From Candidatus Spongiisociaceae bacterium (GTDB taxonomy: Bacteria > Actinomycetota > Acidimicrobiia > Spongiisociales > Spongiisociaceae), in NCBI GenBank assembly GCA_965202665.1, contig OZ241841.1:1984001-2048000 (forward strand): a DNA stretch of 64,000 nt, in the 5' to 3' direction. Shown piece by piece: positions 31,897 to 43,256 of this stretch (within the stretch, counting starts at the first letter, position 1; each line of letters opens with the position of its first letter). The position numbers and the translations under genes are program-made. Below the pieces are notes generated by a model, which was not told where the DNA came from, ran no database searches, and was given only the letters and a program-made list of their open reading frames with translations.

Positions 31897-33446
31897 TCCC
31901 CCCGCCCCGCCGGGCTGAGCTACCGGGCGGCGAGCGGGACCGGGTTGCAGTTCGGCTGGAGGGCATTTCCAAACGGTTTCCGGGCGTGGTGGCTAACGAC
32001 GACATCAACTTGGAGGTGGAAAAGGGGGAAATTCACGCCATCTGCGGGGAGAACGGGGCGGGTAAGTCCACGCTGATGAAAATCCTCTACGGAATGCAAC
32101 AACCGGACGAAGGCCGTATTGAGATTATGGGGGAGGAGCGGCGATTTTCCTCCCCCAAGGACGCCATCGGTTTGGGGATTGGGATGGTGCATCAGCATTT
32201 TATGCTGGCCGACAACCTGACCGTGTTGGAAAACGTAATTCTGGGAGCGGAGCCGGTGATCGCCGAGGTGATTAATTTCGCCGACGCCCGGGCCCGGTTG
32301 AGCGAGTTGGGGGAGGCGTACGGGCTGAAAGTGGGATTGGACGACCGGGTGGACACGTTGGAGGTGGGGGAGCGGCAACGAATAGAAATCATCAAAATCT
32401 TGTACCGGGGGGCCCAGATTCTGATTCTGGATGAGCCGACCGCGGTGCTGGTCCCCCAAGAAGTGGAGGAGTTGTTCCGCAATATGCGGGAGTTGAAAGC
32501 CCAGGGACACACCTTGATTTTCATCGACCACAAACTGGACGAGGTGTTGGAAATCGCCGACACCATCAGCGTGTTGCGGGGCGGCCGGTCGGTGGCGACC
32601 GTCAAACCGGAGGAGGTGACCGCCGGGGACTTGGCGGAGCTGATGGTCGGTTCGGAACTGCCCAAGCCCGCCACCACTTCCACCACCGTAACCGACCGGG
32701 CGGTAGTGGAAGCCTCCGATGTTTCGGCGGTGGACGAGGAGGGCGTGGAACGTTTGAAAGGGGTCAGTTTCACGGTGCACGCCGGGGAGATTGTGGGGGT
32801 GGCCGGCGTGGAGGGCAACGGCCAGGCGGAACTGATAGAGGTCCTCCTGGGGATAACTCCGGCCGCCGCCGGCCGGATTTTCCTGCACGGCGAGGACGTA
32901 ACCGAGCTGTCGGTGCGCAAGCGCCGGGAGGCGGGACTGGGGTACATAGCCGAGGACCGCCAACGGAGGGGGCTTCTGCTCACTTCCCCGGTGTGGGAGA
33001 ACGCCATTTTGGGTCATCAGACCCGTCCCGAGTTCGTGCGCTCCCGGGTGTGGATCAACGAACGGTCCGCCCGTCGCCATTCCGCCGGAATGGTGGACCG
33101 GTTCGATGTGCGCACCCCGGGGGTGGACACCCCCATTCACGCCCTGTCCGGCGGCAACCAGCAGAAACTGGTGGTGGGGCGGGAAATGTCGGTGGACTGC
33201 AATCCGTTGATAGCCGCCCATCCCACCCGGGGGATAGACGTGGGTTCGCAGGCCGCCATCTGGGAGGATTTGCGGGCCGCCCGGCGGGGCGGGCAAGCGG
33301 TTTTGCTGGTCTCCGCCGACCTGGAGGAGTTGATCGGATTGAGCGACTCCCTGCTGGTGATGCTTAGGGGGGAGATAGCGGCCCGCCTGGATCCTTCCCG
33401 GATCACCCCCCGCCAGTTGGGGGCCTATATGACGGGGGCGGCGTGA
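31893..33446 (+). CDS. Nucleoside/sugar (CUT2) ABC transporter ATP-binding protein, NupA-like
   Basis: GVVAND, GENGAGKSTL, LDEPTAVL, GVEGNGQ, LSGGNQQK, PTRGIDVG. Confidence 0.92.
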   Translation: MIPPPRRAELPGGERDRVAVRLEGISKRFPGVVANDDINLEVEKGEIHAICGENGAGKSTLMKILYGMQQPDEGRIEIMGEERRFSSPKDAIGLGIGMVHQHFMLADNLTVLENVILGAEPVIAEVINFADARARLSELGEAYGLKVGLDDRVDTLEVGERQRIEIIKILYRGAQILILDEPTAVLVPQEVEELFRNMRELKAQGHTLIFIDHKLDEVLEIADTISVLRGGRSVATVKPEEVTAGDLAELMVGSELPKPATTSTTVTDRAVVEASDVSAVDEEGVERLKGVSFTVHAGEIVGVAGVEGNGQAELIEVLLGITPAAAGRIFLHGEDVTELSVRKRREAGLGYIAEDRQRRGLLLTSPVWENAILGHQTRPEFVRSRVWINERSARRHSAGMVDRFDVRTPGVDTPIHALSGGNQQKLVVGREMSVDCNPLIAAHPTRGIDVGSQAAIWEDLRAARRGGQAVLLVSADLEELIGLSDSLLVMLRGEIAARLDPSRITPRQLGAYMTGAA

Positions 33447-34585
33447 GAGCGGCGGTCCGCATCGTGGGTCCGCCGGTGGCGGCCCTGCTGTTGGCGGCGG
33501 CGGTGGCCGGGTTGATACTCTTGATCTCCGGGGCCAATCCGCTGGTGGCCTTCGGCAACGTGTGGGAGTACGGTTCCCGGTTGGAAACCCTGCTGGAATC
33601 TTTGAACCGGGCCACTCCGCTCTACATTTCCGGGATCGCCTTCGCCATCGCCATGCGGATGAACCTGTTTCAAATCGGGGTGGAAGGGCAGTACATTCTG
33701 GCCGCCTTCATGGCCGCTTACGTGGGGGCGGCGGTGGGGCCCCTGTTCCCCCCCCTGCACATCGCCATTATCCTGCTCACCGCCATGGCGGTGGGGGCGG
33801 CCTGGGCGGGTTTGGCCGGGTTGATGAAAATCACCCGCAACGTGCACGAGGTCATCTCCACCATAATGCTCAACGCCATCGCCGTGGCGGGGGTGGTCTC
33901 CTTTCTGCTGGGCCGGTGGGCCATCCCGTTGGAGTCGCTGGACACCCGCTTGGCCGACATTCCCGAAACCGGATGGTTTCCCAGCCTCAACCCGGTGGTG
34001 GAATGGTTCACCCGCGACATCAGACGGGTGGATCTGACCTCTTTCATCTTGGTGGCGGCGGCGGTGGGGGTGGTTTACCACTTGCTGGTCAACCGCACCC
34101 GGCTGGGTTACGACCTGCGGGCCACCGGGGTCAATCCGTGGGCGGCGGAGGCCAGCGGGGTGCCTCCCAAGCGGACCATCATGCTGGCCATGTTGCTGAG
34201 CGGGGCGGTGGCGGGCTTGGTGGGGATGGCCGACCTGTTGGGCGACCAGTATTTCTACAGCCTGCGCTTCCCGCAAGGTTTGGGTTTCACCGGCATCGCG
34301 GTGGCGTTGGTGGGGCGCAACCACGCGGTGGGGGCGGCCTTTGCCGCCGTCGCCTTCGGCTGGCTGGAGCGGGCCTCCGGGGTGTTGGAAGTTCGGGGCG
34401 ACGCTCCGCGGGAGGTGGTCACCATTATGGTGGGGGTGGTGATCCTGTTCGCGGTGATCGCCTACGCCTTGGCCCAGCGCCGGCGCCGAATTGAAGCGGC
34501 GGCCGCGGCCGCCGACCAGATGAAGGAACGGGCCGTCGTCCGGGTCGGGGGATCGGGGGACGACGGGCGGGAGGCTGACATATGA
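33443..34585 (+). CDS. Nucleoside ABC transporter permease, NupB-like
   Basis: FQIGVEGQ, VHEVISTIMLN, GFTGIAVALVGRNH. Confidence 0.9.
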   Translation: MRAAVRIVGPPVAALLLAAAVAGLILLISGANPLVAFGNVWEYGSRLETLLESLNRATPLYISGIAFAIAMRMNLFQIGVEGQYILAAFMAAYVGAAVGPLFPPLHIAIILLTAMAVGAAWAGLAGLMKITRNVHEVISTIMLNAIAVAGVVSFLLGRWAIPLESLDTRLADIPETGWFPSLNPVVEWFTRDIRRVDLTSFILVAAAVGVVYHLLVNRTRLGYDLRATGVNPWAAEASGVPPKRTIMLAMLLSGAVAGLVGMADLLGDQYFYSLRFPQGLGFTGIAVALVGRNHAVGAAFAAVAFGWLERASGVLEVRGDAPREVVTIMVGVVILFAVIAYALAQRRRRIEAAAAAADQMKERAVVRVGGSGDDGREADI

Positions 34586-35859
34586 GCATGACCGAAGAGC
34601 GGCCGCTCAGCCTTTCCCAGCCGGGGATGCTGCCCCGTTACCGGTGGATACTGTACGGGTTGAGCGGGATTATGTTGCTGGCGGTGACCCAGCAGTTCGC
34701 CGCCCTGCCCACTGAAGATCTGACCTCCAGCGGCACCTGGTCCATCGCTTTGGCTTGGTCGGTGCCCATTTTGCTGGCCGGCCTGGGCGGCATGTTCTCC
34801 GAACGGGCCGGGATCGTCAACATCGGACTGGAGGGGATGTTGATTCTCGGCACCTGGTTCGGGGCTTACGGAACGGTGGTGGCCGGGCCGTGGGCGGGGA
34901 TGCTGATGGCGGGTATCGCCGGGGCGGTGGGCGGACTGATCATGGCCGCGGCCGCGGTCGGATTCAACGTGGATCATATTATCGCCGGGGTGGCCATCAA
35001 CCTGATGGCCCCCGGTTTGACCCGCTTCCTGTCCGATGTGCATTTCTCCGACCGGGGCGGCTCCATTACCCAGTCGCCGGTCATCTCCGGGGTGAGCGAT
35101 TTCACCTTGCCCATCCTGGCGGGCGGAACCATCCTCGGATGGCGGAGCCCGGACCTGTTGGGGGCGATCGAGCGGTCGGGCTGGTTTTTCATCTCCGACT
35201 TTGCTGGCGTCCTGCGCGGGTTTGTTTTTCAGATGTCCTGGTTCACCCTGCTGGTCTACCTGTTCGTGCCCTTCTCCATTTTCCTGTTATGGCGCACCAA
35301 GTTCGGCCTGCGGTTGCGCAGTTGCGGCGAGCATCCGCAGGCGGCCGATTCCCTGGGGGTCAACGTTTACAAGTACAAGTACTACGGGGTGGTGATCAGC
35401 GGGGCCCTGGCCGGGGCGGGGGGCGGCTTTCTGGCCATTCAGCTGTCCGGCGTCTACAAGGAGGGGCAGACGCAGGGCAAAGGGTTCATCGGTTTGGCCA
35501 CCATGATTTTCGGCAACTGGAACCCGTTGGGCACTGCCCGGGGGGCCATCCTGTTCGGGTTCACGGAGACCCTGCGCTTGCGGGATCCCAACGCGGCCCA
35601 CGGGCTGTTGTTGCTGGTGGTGATCTCGGTGGGTCTTTTAATCCTGTGGCGCATCCTCCGCAAACGGGGCGTGGGAACCTGGCAGTTGGCGATTGTGGCC
35701 ATCGCCGTCGGATACTGGTATTTCAACTCCACCGGGGTGCCCAACCAGTTGCCGGCCATCACCCCCCACATCGTGGTGCTGGTGGTTCTCCTGTTCGCCA
35801 CCTCCCGATTGCGTCCGCCCGCCTCCGCCGGCCTGCCCTACCGCAAGGGCGAAGATTAG
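34582..35859 (+). CDS. Nucleoside ABC transporter permease, NupC-like
   Basis: SERAGIVNIGLEG, GLRLRSCGEHPQAADSLGVNV, GKGFIGLATMIFGNWNP. Confidence 0.9.
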   Translation: MSMTEERPLSLSQPGMLPRYRWILYGLSGIMLLAVTQQFAALPTEDLTSSGTWSIALAWSVPILLAGLGGMFSERAGIVNIGLEGMLILGTWFGAYGTVVAGPWAGMLMAGIAGAVGGLIMAAAAVGFNVDHIIAGVAINLMAPGLTRFLSDVHFSDRGGSITQSPVISGVSDFTLPILAGGTILGWRSPDLLGAIERSGWFFISDFAGVLRGFVFQMSWFTLLVYLFVPFSIFLLWRTKFGLRLRSCGEHPQAADSLGVNVYKYKYYGVVISGALAGAGGGFLAIQLSGVYKEGQTQGKGFIGLATMIFGNWNPLGTARGAILFGFTETLRLRDPNAAHGLLLLVVISVGLLILWRILRKRGVGTWQLAIVAIAVGYWYFNSTGVPNQLPAITPHIVVLVVLLFATSRLRPPASAGLPYRKGED

Positions 35860-35879
35860 CTGTTCCGCGAGGTCCCGGC

Positions 35880-36719
35880 ATGGTTGAGATCATCCCCCAC
35901 ATCGACGATATCGGGGTCACGTTGGGGTCGGTGCGGGCCATGGAGGAGCTGGCCGGCCGGGGGTTTGTCACTTCCGGTTCGGTTATGGCCCCCTGTCCCT
36001 GGTTGGCGGAGGCGGCCGCCCTGTCCGCCCGCCGCCCGGAGCTGGATCTGGGTCTGCATCTCACGCTCACCTCCGAGTCGGCGCGTATGCGCTGGCGGCC
36101 CCTTTCCACCCGCTCCCCCGCCTCCGGGTTGATCGACGGGGACGGGTTCATGTGGCCCACGGTTCCGCAGTTGCGGGCCAACGCCCATCCGGGGGCGGTG
36201 GAGGAGGAACTGGAAGCCCAGATTGAGGCGGCCCGCCGGGCGGGGATGGAGCCCACCCATCTGGATCATCATATGGGAGCGGCTTTCGCTCCCGAGTTCG
36301 CCGCTCTGACCGTGCGCATCGCCCGTCGCCGCCGGTTGCCGGTTTTGATACCGGCCGACCCGGCCGCCTACGCGGGGGTTCTGGAGTGGGGGGAGGCCGA
36401 TATGCGGGTTCTGGAGGAGGTGCGGGACCGGGAGCAAGCCGCCGGCGCGGTGTTGGCGGACCGGTTTTTGATGGGTCTGGCCTTCCAAGACGAGGAGCCC
36501 GACGCGGTTTATCGGCGTTTTTTGGCTGAAGCGGAGGGTTTGACTTTTCTGTCGTTGCACTGCGACTCCCCCGGCGAGGTTACGGCCGTCCACCCCAACG
36601 ACGCCGGCTGGCGCATCGCCGAATACGAGTGGGTCAAAGCGGGGGCCGCCCCTCTGCCCGACGGAGTCCGCCTGACGGACTTCCGGTCGCTGTCCGCCCG
36701 CTGGCGTTGGCCTGCCTAA
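35880..36719 (+). CDS. ChbG/YdjC-family carbohydrate deacetylase
   Basis: HIDDIG, TSGSVMAPCPW, DLGLHLTLTSE, PTHLDHHMG. Confidence 0.88.
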   Translation: MVEIIPHIDDIGVTLGSVRAMEELAGRGFVTSGSVMAPCPWLAEAAALSARRPELDLGLHLTLTSESARMRWRPLSTRSPASGLIDGDGFMWPTVPQLRANAHPGAVEEELEAQIEAARRAGMEPTHLDHHMGAAFAPEFAALTVRIARRRRLPVLIPADPAAYAGVLEWGEADMRVLEEVRDREQAAGAVLADRFLMGLAFQDEEPDAVYRRFLAEAEGLTFLSLHCDSPGEVTAVHPNDAGWRIAEYEWVKAGAAPLPDGVRLTDFRSLSARWRWPA

Positions 36720-36757
36720 AGGTTCCGAGAACAATGCAAACCCGCCCGAAATTTCGG

Positions 36758-36950
36758 AGTTTGACAGAGTTTATGCGTTTCGCATAAGGTTGATAAGGTG
36801 GGGTTAGGTTTGTATAACTCTCCATCAGCGAGGAAGTTTGACAGAGTTTATGCGTTTCGCATAAGGTTGATAAGGTGGGGTTAGGTTTGTATAACTCTCC
36901 ATCAGCGAGGAAGTTTGACAGAGTTTATGCGTTTCGCATAAGGTTGATAA
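36758..36950. repeat. Perfect 77-bp tandem repeat, 2.5 copies
   Basis: Units start at 36758, 36835, 36912; each has TTGACA, the palindrome ttatgcg-ttt-cgcataa and TAAGGT. Confidence 0.95.
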
Positions 36951-36973
36951 AGTATAGTAAGGTCTGAATAACT

Positions 36974-38158
36974 ATGGACGTAAACGAAAATCCGTATCGC
37001 CCCGGAGCCGGTACCAGGCCTCCGGTGCTGAGAGGACGCGATGATCTATTCGCCCGCTTCGAGGGCATAGTAGAACATGCACTCCGCGGGCGGCCCGGTA
37101 AAAGCTTGGTGTTGCTGGGCTTGCGCGGCGTCGGCAAGACCGTGTTGTTGAACCAGTTCGTCAGTCTCGCCGAGCAGAAGGGTTACAGCACGGGACATAT
37201 GGAGGCCGATGAATCCCAGGACCTGCGTTTGTTGATGGCCATGCGCCTGCGTCGGATTCTGCTGGCCTTGCAAAGACGACGCCCGTCGCAAAAAATTATG
37301 CGGGCGTTGCGGATACTGAAAGCCTTCAGCTACCAGTTGCCGGATGGTTCCCTTGTCACTTTGGATGTGGAGGCGTTGCGGGGTTACGCCGATTCCGGCG
37401 TTATCGGCGATGACCTAACGGATTTGCTGGTCGCCGTAGGGGAGGCGGCCGCAGGCCAGGAGCGAGGCGTGCTGTTGGCGGTAGATGAAATTCAGTATTT
37501 GGCGAAAGAGGAGTTGGGAGGGTTGATTGCCGCTATTCACCGTACCACCCAACTGGATCTTCCGGTGGTGCTGGTGGGAGCCGGCCTGCCCCAGTTGCCC
37601 AAATTGGCGGGTGAGGCTAAATCTTACTCGGAACGGTTGTTTGAATTTCCCTTTGTCAACTCTTTGTCGGAGGAAGACGCCGCGGCCGCCATCGCCCTGC
37701 CGGCGGCGCCGTTGGGAGTGGAGTTTGCGGACGCCGCCTTGGAAGCCATCTTCGCCAACTCAAAAGGCTATCCGTATTTTCTGCAGGGTTGGGGTTATTA
37801 CGTATGGAATGAGGCCGGCGTCTCTCCGGTTGGTCCGGAGGCGGTGCGGGCCGCGGCCGAGTTGGTCGTCAAGCATCTGGATCGCGATTTCTATGCGATG
37901 CGCTTTGATCGCTTGACTCTCAAAGAAAAAACATATTTACGGACTATGGCCGAATTCAAATCCAGCAAGATACGCTCCGGGGATATCGCCGCCCGCCTCG
38001 GGGTTCCGGTGGAGAACGCCGCTCCCCGGCGCAGCGCCTTGATCCGGAAGGGCATGATTTACAGTCCCGGGTACGGCGAGACGGCTTTCACCGTCCCCAT
38101 GTTTGACGATTTTTTGCGGCGGCAGATGCCGGATTTTCAGGCGGCGACGGGCGATTGA
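36974..38158 (+). CDS. AAA-family ATPase with C-terminal winged-helix-like region
   Basis: NPYRPGAG, Walker A GLRGVGKT, Walker B AVDEIQ, GAGLP, GYPYFLQ. Confidence 0.85.
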   Translation: MDVNENPYRPGAGTRPPVLRGRDDLFARFEGIVEHALRGRPGKSLVLLGLRGVGKTVLLNQFVSLAEQKGYSTGHMEADESQDLRLLMAMRLRRILLALQRRRPSQKIMRALRILKAFSYQLPDGSLVTLDVEALRGYADSGVIGDDLTDLLVAVGEAAAGQERGVLLAVDEIQYLAKEELGGLIAAIHRTTQLDLPVVLVGAGLPQLPKLAGEAKSYSERLFEFPFVNSLSEEDAAAAIALPAAPLGVEFADAALEAIFANSKGYPYFLQGWGYYVWNEAGVSPVGPEAVRAAAELVVKHLDRDFYAMRFDRLTLKEKTYLRTMAEFKSSKIRSGDIAARLGVPVENAAPRRSALIRKGMIYSPGYGETAFTVPMFDDFLRRQMPDFQAATGD

Positions 38159-38233
38159 CGGCTGGTTGGATTTGGCGGCCGGCCGGGTATGGCGTATAAT
38201 GCTTCCCTTGCGTCCGCTTGCGGGCGGGCGCGC

Positions 38234-38340
38234 GACCGTAGACAGCCGGCGCCGTAAAGCGTAAGCGGCCCGTTCGGGTCCGCCTGCCGAGGTCCTTCCC
38301 GGTCTCCGGGCGGCTGTCGCGGGTGGAGCAGAGCCAAGGA
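38234..38340 (+). promoter_or_regulatory. Ribosomal protein L10 leader (autoregulatory RNA)
   Basis: ccgtagacag...cctgccgaggt pattern in the rplJ 5' UTR; TATAAT at 38195-38200. Confidence 0.7.
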
Positions 38341-38348
38341 GAGACCAA

Positions 38349-39047
38349 ATGCCCCGACCGGACAAGGTCCAGGCAGTCGAAGATATCAAGCAACGGTTCC
38401 AGAATGCCTCAGCCGCTTTCCTGACTGAATATCGCGGGTTGCCGGTGGCCCGCCAGCAGGAACTGCGCGGGGCCCTGCACGACGCCGGGGCCGGATACAA
38501 GGTGCTGAAAATGTCCCTTACCCGCCGGGCGTTGGACGAGCTGGGGATGGAGGGGCTAGATGAATGGCTGACCGGCCCCACCGCCATCGCGTTCACCGGC
38601 GATGATCCCGTTCCGGCCGCCCGCGCCCTAGCCGACTTCGCCAAGGCGAACGACGCCTTTTTAATTAAGGGGGGATGGTTCAACGGGGAGGCCATCCCGT
38701 CGGAAGTGGTTTCCCGGCTGGCCAACATCGACTCCCGCGAGGCGCTGTTGGCCAAAACGGCGGGCGCTTTTAAAGGGCCCCTCAACAAGATGGCGGCGGT
38801 TATGGGTTCTTTCACCCGAGAGGCCGCCTCCCTGTTCTCCGCCCTGTTGGAACGCAAAGAGGAGATACCGTCGGAGGCCGCCCCCGTCGCCGGCGGCTCC
38901 GAAGAGCCGGCTCCGCCGGCCCAGGATGCCGCCCCGGCCCCCGATGTTGATTCCGAGTCCGTTCCTACCGCCGCGGCCGGAGAAGACGACGAAGCGGACG
39001 GGGCGGAGGGCGCCGACCCCGATCAGATCACCCAAGACAATCAATAA
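38349..39047 (+). CDS. rplJ: 50S ribosomal protein L10 (acidic C-terminal tail)
   Basis: [19 protein letters not shown]; position before rplL. Confidence 0.95.
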   Translation: MPRPDKVQAVEDIKQRFQNASAAFLTEYRGLPVARQQELRGALHDAGAGYKVLKMSLTRRALDELGMEGLDEWLTGPTAIAFTGDDPVPAARALADFAKANDAFLIKGGWFNGEAIPSEVVSRLANIDSREALLAKTAGAFKGPLNKMAAVMGSFTREAASLFSALLERKEEIPSEAAPVAGGSEEPAPPAQDAAPAPDVDSESVPTAAAGEDDEADGAEGADPDQITQDNQ

Positions 39048-39063
39048 CGCGAAAGGACAAGCA

Positions 39064-39450
39064 ATGGCCAAAATGACCACCGACGAACTGCTGGGCGTGT
39101 TCGAGGAGATGACCGTCCTGGAGTTGAAAGAGTTCCTAGACGCCTTCGAGGAGCGCTTCGATGTCACCGCGGCCGCCCCGGTGGCGATGGCCGCCATGCC
39201 CGCCGGCGACGGCGCGGGCGCGGCCGAAGAAGAGGAAAAAGACGAGTTCGACGTGGTGCTCCTCGGCCCCGGCGACCAAAAGATCCAGGTGATCAAAGAA
39301 GTTCGGGCCCTCACCGGCTTGGGATTGAAGGAGGCCAAAGCGGTGGTGGACGACGCTCCGGGCGCCGTCTTGGAAGGGGCCTCCAAGGAGGAAGCGGAGG
39401 CGGCCCGGGACAAGATCGCCGCCGTGGGCGGGCAGGTGGAAATCCGATAA
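39064..39450 (+). CDS. rplL: 50S ribosomal protein L7/L12
   Basis: [35 protein letters not shown]. Confidence 0.97.
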   Translation: MAKMTTDELLGVFEEMTVLELKEFLDAFEERFDVTAAAPVAMAAMPAGDGAGAAEEEEKDEFDVVLLGPGDQKIQVIKEVRALTGLGLKEAKAVVDDAPGAVLEGASKEEAEAARDKIAAVGGQVEIR

Positions 39451-39472
39451 CCGCCGCCGTCCGGCCCCCGAT

Positions 39473-39502
39473 TTGACAAGCCGCGCCGGCATCTGTTACG
39501 AT
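39473..39502 (+). promoter_or_regulatory. rpoBC promoter
   Basis: TTGACA-N18-TACGAT with upstream TG. Confidence 0.7.
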
Positions 39503-39758
39503 GGCGACACACAAGTAGATCCGGTTTCCCCGTCGCCCGCCCGCAGGCGCGCGGGTCCGGGTTGCAATAACAGCCCGCCCCAAGCCGGGCTCCCCGATCC
39601 GGTATCGGCGGCTTGCGGCGATGGAAACGGCAGGTACGGGTTGCGCCCGCCTGTCTTTGCTGTGCCAGATTAAGTCGGCCGACGTTCGATACCGGGCCCC
39701 GTCGGATGCCGGGCGGCTTGCCGGTTGCTATAGGGGGATAACCCCAAGGAGGATGCTC

Positions 39759-42700
39759 TTGGCCGCTATCCGCGTCGCCGACCGCCTGTCGTTTTCCCAA
39801 ATCCGGGAGGTGGTTCCCCTGCCGGATCTGCTTTCCGTGCAACACGACTCCTTCCGCCACTTCCTGGAAGAGGGGCTGGGGCGGATTTTCGAGCAGATCT
39901 CCCCGATAGAGGACTTTTCGGGGATGCTGGCCTTGGAAATCGGCGATCATCAGTTCGGCCCCGCCCCCCTCACCCCCGATGAGGCCAAGATGCAGGACGC
40001 CAACTACGCCCGCCCGTTGCGGTTCAAAGCCCGGTTCATCAACCGCAACACCGGGGAGATCAAGGAACAGGAGGTGTTCCTAGGCGATTTCCCGATGATG
40101 ACCGAAAAGGGCACGTTCATCATCAACGGCACCGAGCGGGTGGTGGTCAGCCAGTTGGTGCGCTCGCCCGGCATCTACTACGACCGGTCGGTGGACAAAT
40201 CCACGCTCAAAGATTTGTACAGCAACAAGGTGATTCCCGGCCGAGGGGCCTGGCTGGAAATGGACATCGACAAGAAGAACACGGTGGGGGTGCGGGTGGA
40301 CCGCAAACGCCGTCAGTACGTCACCGCCTTCCTGCGCGCCCTCGGTTTGGCGGAGAGCGATGAGCAGATACTGGCAATGTTCGATGGGGCGGGGTCCATC
40401 CGCAACACGTTGGAGCAGGACCCGATCACCGACCCGGAGGAGGCCCTGCTGGATCTCTACAAAAAACTCCGTCCCGGCGAGCCTTCCACGGTGGAGTCGG
40501 CCCGGGGGCTGGTCTCCCAGCTGTTCAAAAACGAAAAACGCTACGACCTGACTCCGGTGGGCCGTTACAAGGTGAATCAGAAGTTCCGCAATCCCGATGA
40601 CTTCGCCGCCGGGGACAACCTCCTCCAAGACGAGGACATTATCGACTCCATCAAATACCTGGTGTGCCTGCATGCCGGAGAAGCCTCCATGACTTCGCAG
40701 TTGGGGATGCAGGTGGGCGTGGGGGTGGACGACATCGACCATTTCGGCAATCGCCGGGTGCGCACCGTGGGGGAGCTGATCCAGAACCAGTTGCGCATGG
40801 GTCTGGCCCGCTTGGAGCGGCAGGCCCGGGAGCGGATGAGCACCCAGGAGAGCGATGCTATCACCCCCCAGTCCCTGGTCAACATCCGTCCGGTGGTGGG
40901 GGCCATCAAAGAGTTCTTCGGCTCCAGCCAGTTGAGCCAGCTGATGGATCAGCCCAACCCGCTGGCCGGACTCACCCATCGCCGCCGCCTGTCGGCCCTG
41001 GGACCGGGAGGTTTGACCCGGGAGCGGGCCGGGTTCGAGGTGCGGGACGTGCATCCTTCCCACTATGGCCGGATGTGCCCCATCGAGACCCCGGAGGGCC
41101 CCAACATCGGATTGATCGGTTCGTTGGCCACCTACGCCCGCATCAACCCGCACGGCTTCATCGAGACTCCCTACCACAAGGTGACCGACCGCAAGGTCAG
41201 CACCAAAGTGGAGTACCTGACCGCCTCCGAGGAGGAGCAGTACGTAATCGCCCAGGCCAACGCCCCTTTGGACACCGACCGGGTTTTTGTAAGAGATCGG
41301 GTGCTGGTGCGCCGCCGGGACGATGATGTTGCTTTTGTCAGCCCGGACGAGGTGGACTATATGGATGTGTCCCCCAAGCAGATCGTGTCGGTGGCCACCT
41401 CCCTCATCCCTTTCTTGGAGCACGATGACGCCAACCGGGCCCTGATGGGTTCCAACATGCAACGGCAGGCGGTTCCCTTGGTGCGCACCGAATCCCCCCT
41501 GGTCGGCACCGGGGTGGAGTATTGGGCGGCCCGGGACTCGGGGGAGATGTTGCTCTCCCCGGCGGCGGGGGAAGTGACGTTGGTGTCGGGGGATGAAGTT
41601 CACATCAAGGAGGAAGGCGCCAACCGCAAGCATCGGCTCCGGTTGCGCAAGTTCGAACGTTCCAACCAGGGGACTTCGGTTAATCAGAAGCCGGTCGTGA
41701 CGGTAGGTCAGAAGGTCAAAAAAGACGACATTCTGGCGGACGGACCCTCCACCGCCGCCGGAGAGCTGGCTTTGGGCAAGAACCTGTTGACCGCCTTTAT
41801 GCCCTGGAAGGGGCACAACTTCGAAGATGCCATAGTGGTCAGCGAACGGCTGGTGAAAGACGATGTTTTAACTTCGGTGCACATCGACGAGCATGAGATC
41901 GAGGCCCGCGACACCCGGGCTGGCGACGAGGAGATTACCCGCGATATTCCCAACGTGGCCGAGGAGTCGTTGCGCAACCTGGACGAAGACGGGATCATCC
42001 GGGTGGGGTCGGTGGTGGAGGCGGGCGACTACCTGGTGGGCAAGGTGGCCCCCAAGGGCGACTCGGAGATGACGCCCGAGGAGCGCCTGTTGCGTGCCAT
42101 CTTCGGGGAGAAAGCCCGCGAGGTACGGGATGTGTCGTTGCGGGTTCCGCACGGCGAGTCGGGCAAGGTGATCGGGGTGCAGGTGTTCAGCCGGGACCAA
42201 GGGGCTGAGAACCTGAACGCTGGGGTCAGCCAGAAGGTGCGGGTCTACGTAGCCAGCCAGCGCAAAATCTCCGAAGGGGACAAGCTGGCCGGGCGGCACG
42301 GCAACAAGGGGGTCATCGCCAAGGTTCTGCCCGAAGAGGACATGCCCTTTTTGGCCGACGGCACCCCGGTGGATATTGTCCTGTCCCCGCTGGGAGTTCC
42401 CTCCCGGATGAACTTGGGCCAGGTGCTGGAAACCCATCTGGGGTGGGCGGCCGCCCAGGGTTGGCGCCCGTTCGATCCCCAAACCGGGCGTCCGGTGGAA
42501 AGCAACGGCGGGCCTGGCAAAAAACCGGAGAAGCCCAGCGACGGTTCGCCCCGCTGGTCCCGGTTGGCCACCCCGGTGTTCGACGGGGCCAAAGAAGAGC
42601 AGATCACCAACGTGATCGCCAACTCCCTGCCCAACCGGGACGGGGAGCGGCTGGTGAACGAAGACGGGAAAGCGATACTGTACGACGGCCAGACCGGCAG

Positions 42701-43181
42701 GCCGTTCGACACCCCGGTCACGGTCGGCTACCTGTACCTGCTGAAACTGGCCCACCTGGTGGATCACAAGATTCACGCCCGCTCCACCGGCCCCTACTCC
42801 ATGATCACCCAGCAACCGATTGGGGGGAAGGCCCAGTTCGGCGGACAACGGTTCGGGGAAATGGAGGTGTGGGCCCTGGAAGCCTACGGGGCCGCCTACG
42901 CCTTGCAGGAGTTGCTCACCATCAAATCGGACGATGTGTTGGGACGGGTCAAGGTGTACGAGGCGATCGTGAAAGGCGACAACATCCCCGAACCGAGCAT
43001 TCCCGAATCTTTCAAAGTGCTCATCAAGGAAATGCAGAGCCTGTGCCTGAACGTGGAACTGTTGTCGGTGGGCGAAGAGGTGGACCTGCAGGAGCTGAGC
43101 GAAAAAAGCGACGAAGCGTACCGCACGGCTGAGGATCTGGGCATCGATATGTCCCGTCCTGAGAAGCGGGAGGAAAACTGA
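39759..43181 (+). CDS. rpoB: DNA-directed RNA polymerase subunit beta
   Basis: [54 protein letters not shown]; TTG start after AGGAGG. Confidence 0.98.
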   Translation: MAAIRVADRLSFSQIREVVPLPDLLSVQHDSFRHFLEEGLGRIFEQISPIEDFSGMLALEIGDHQFGPAPLTPDEAKMQDANYARPLRFKARFINRNTGEIKEQEVFLGDFPMMTEKGTFIINGTERVVVSQLVRSPGIYYDRSVDKSTLKDLYSNKVIPGRGAWLEMDIDKKNTVGVRVDRKRRQYVTAFLRALGLAESDEQILAMFDGAGSIRNTLEQDPITDPEEALLDLYKKLRPGEPSTVESARGLVSQLFKNEKRYDLTPVGRYKVNQKFRNPDDFAAGDNLLQDEDIIDSIKYLVCLHAGEASMTSQLGMQVGVGVDDIDHFGNRRVRTVGELIQNQLRMGLARLERQARERMSTQESDAITPQSLVNIRPVVGAIKEFFGSSQLSQLMDQPNPLAGLTHRRRLSALGPGGLTRERAGFEVRDVHPSHYGRMCPIETPEGPNIGLIGSLATYARINPHGFIETPYHKVTDRKVSTKVEYLTASEEEQYVIAQANAPLDTDRVFVRDRVLVRRRDDDVAFVSPDEVDYMDVSPKQIVSVATSLIPFLEHDDANRALMGSNMQRQAVPLVRTESPLVGTGVEYWAARDSGEMLLSPAAGEVTLVSGDEVHIKEEGANRKHRLRLRKFERSNQGTSVNQKPVVTVGQKVKKDDILADGPSTAAGELALGKNLLTAFMPWKGHNFEDAIVVSERLVKDDVLTSVHIDEHEIEARDTRAGDEEITRDIPNVAEESLRNLDEDGIIRVGSVVEAGDYLVGKVAPKGDSEMTPEERLLRAIFGEKAREVRDVSLRVPHGESGKVIGVQVFSRDQGAENLNAGVSQKVRVYVASQRKISEGDKLAGRHGNKGVIAKVLPEEDMPFLADGTPVDIVLSPLGVPSRMNLGQVLETHLGWAAAQGWRPFDPQTGRPVESNGGPGKKPEKPSDGSPRWSRLATPVFDGAKEEQITNVIANSLPNRDGERLVNEDGKAILYDGQTGRPFDTPVTVGYLYLLKLAHLVDHKIHARSTGPYSMITQQPIGGKAQFGGQRFGEMEVWALEAYGAAYALQELLTIKSDDVLGRVKVYEAIVKGDNIPEPSIPESFKVLIKEMQSLCLNVELLSVGEEVDLQELSEKSDEAYRTAEDLGIDMSRPEKREEN

Positions 43182-43256
43182 CCCCTTCCCATCGACTGGA
43201 ATGGGTCGGAACGGAAAGTCGAAATTTAGACGAAACACGGCGGCGAAAGGAGCAGT

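Noticed and set aside
36758-36950. CRISPR array (39-nt repeat x3 with 38-nt spacers)
   Set aside because: The two would-be spacers are identical and no cas genes are in the window; a simple 77-bp tandem duplication explains it
38159-38348. Absence of rplK-rplA before rplJ, and of lsr2 between lysS and clpC
   Set aside because: These gene-order breaks are common in Actinomycetota and the genes may lie elsewhere
40900-41020. Rifampicin resistance from RRDR differences (SQLMDQPNP)
   Set aside because: The key Gln, Asp, His and Ser contact residues are retained, so the effect cannot be inferred
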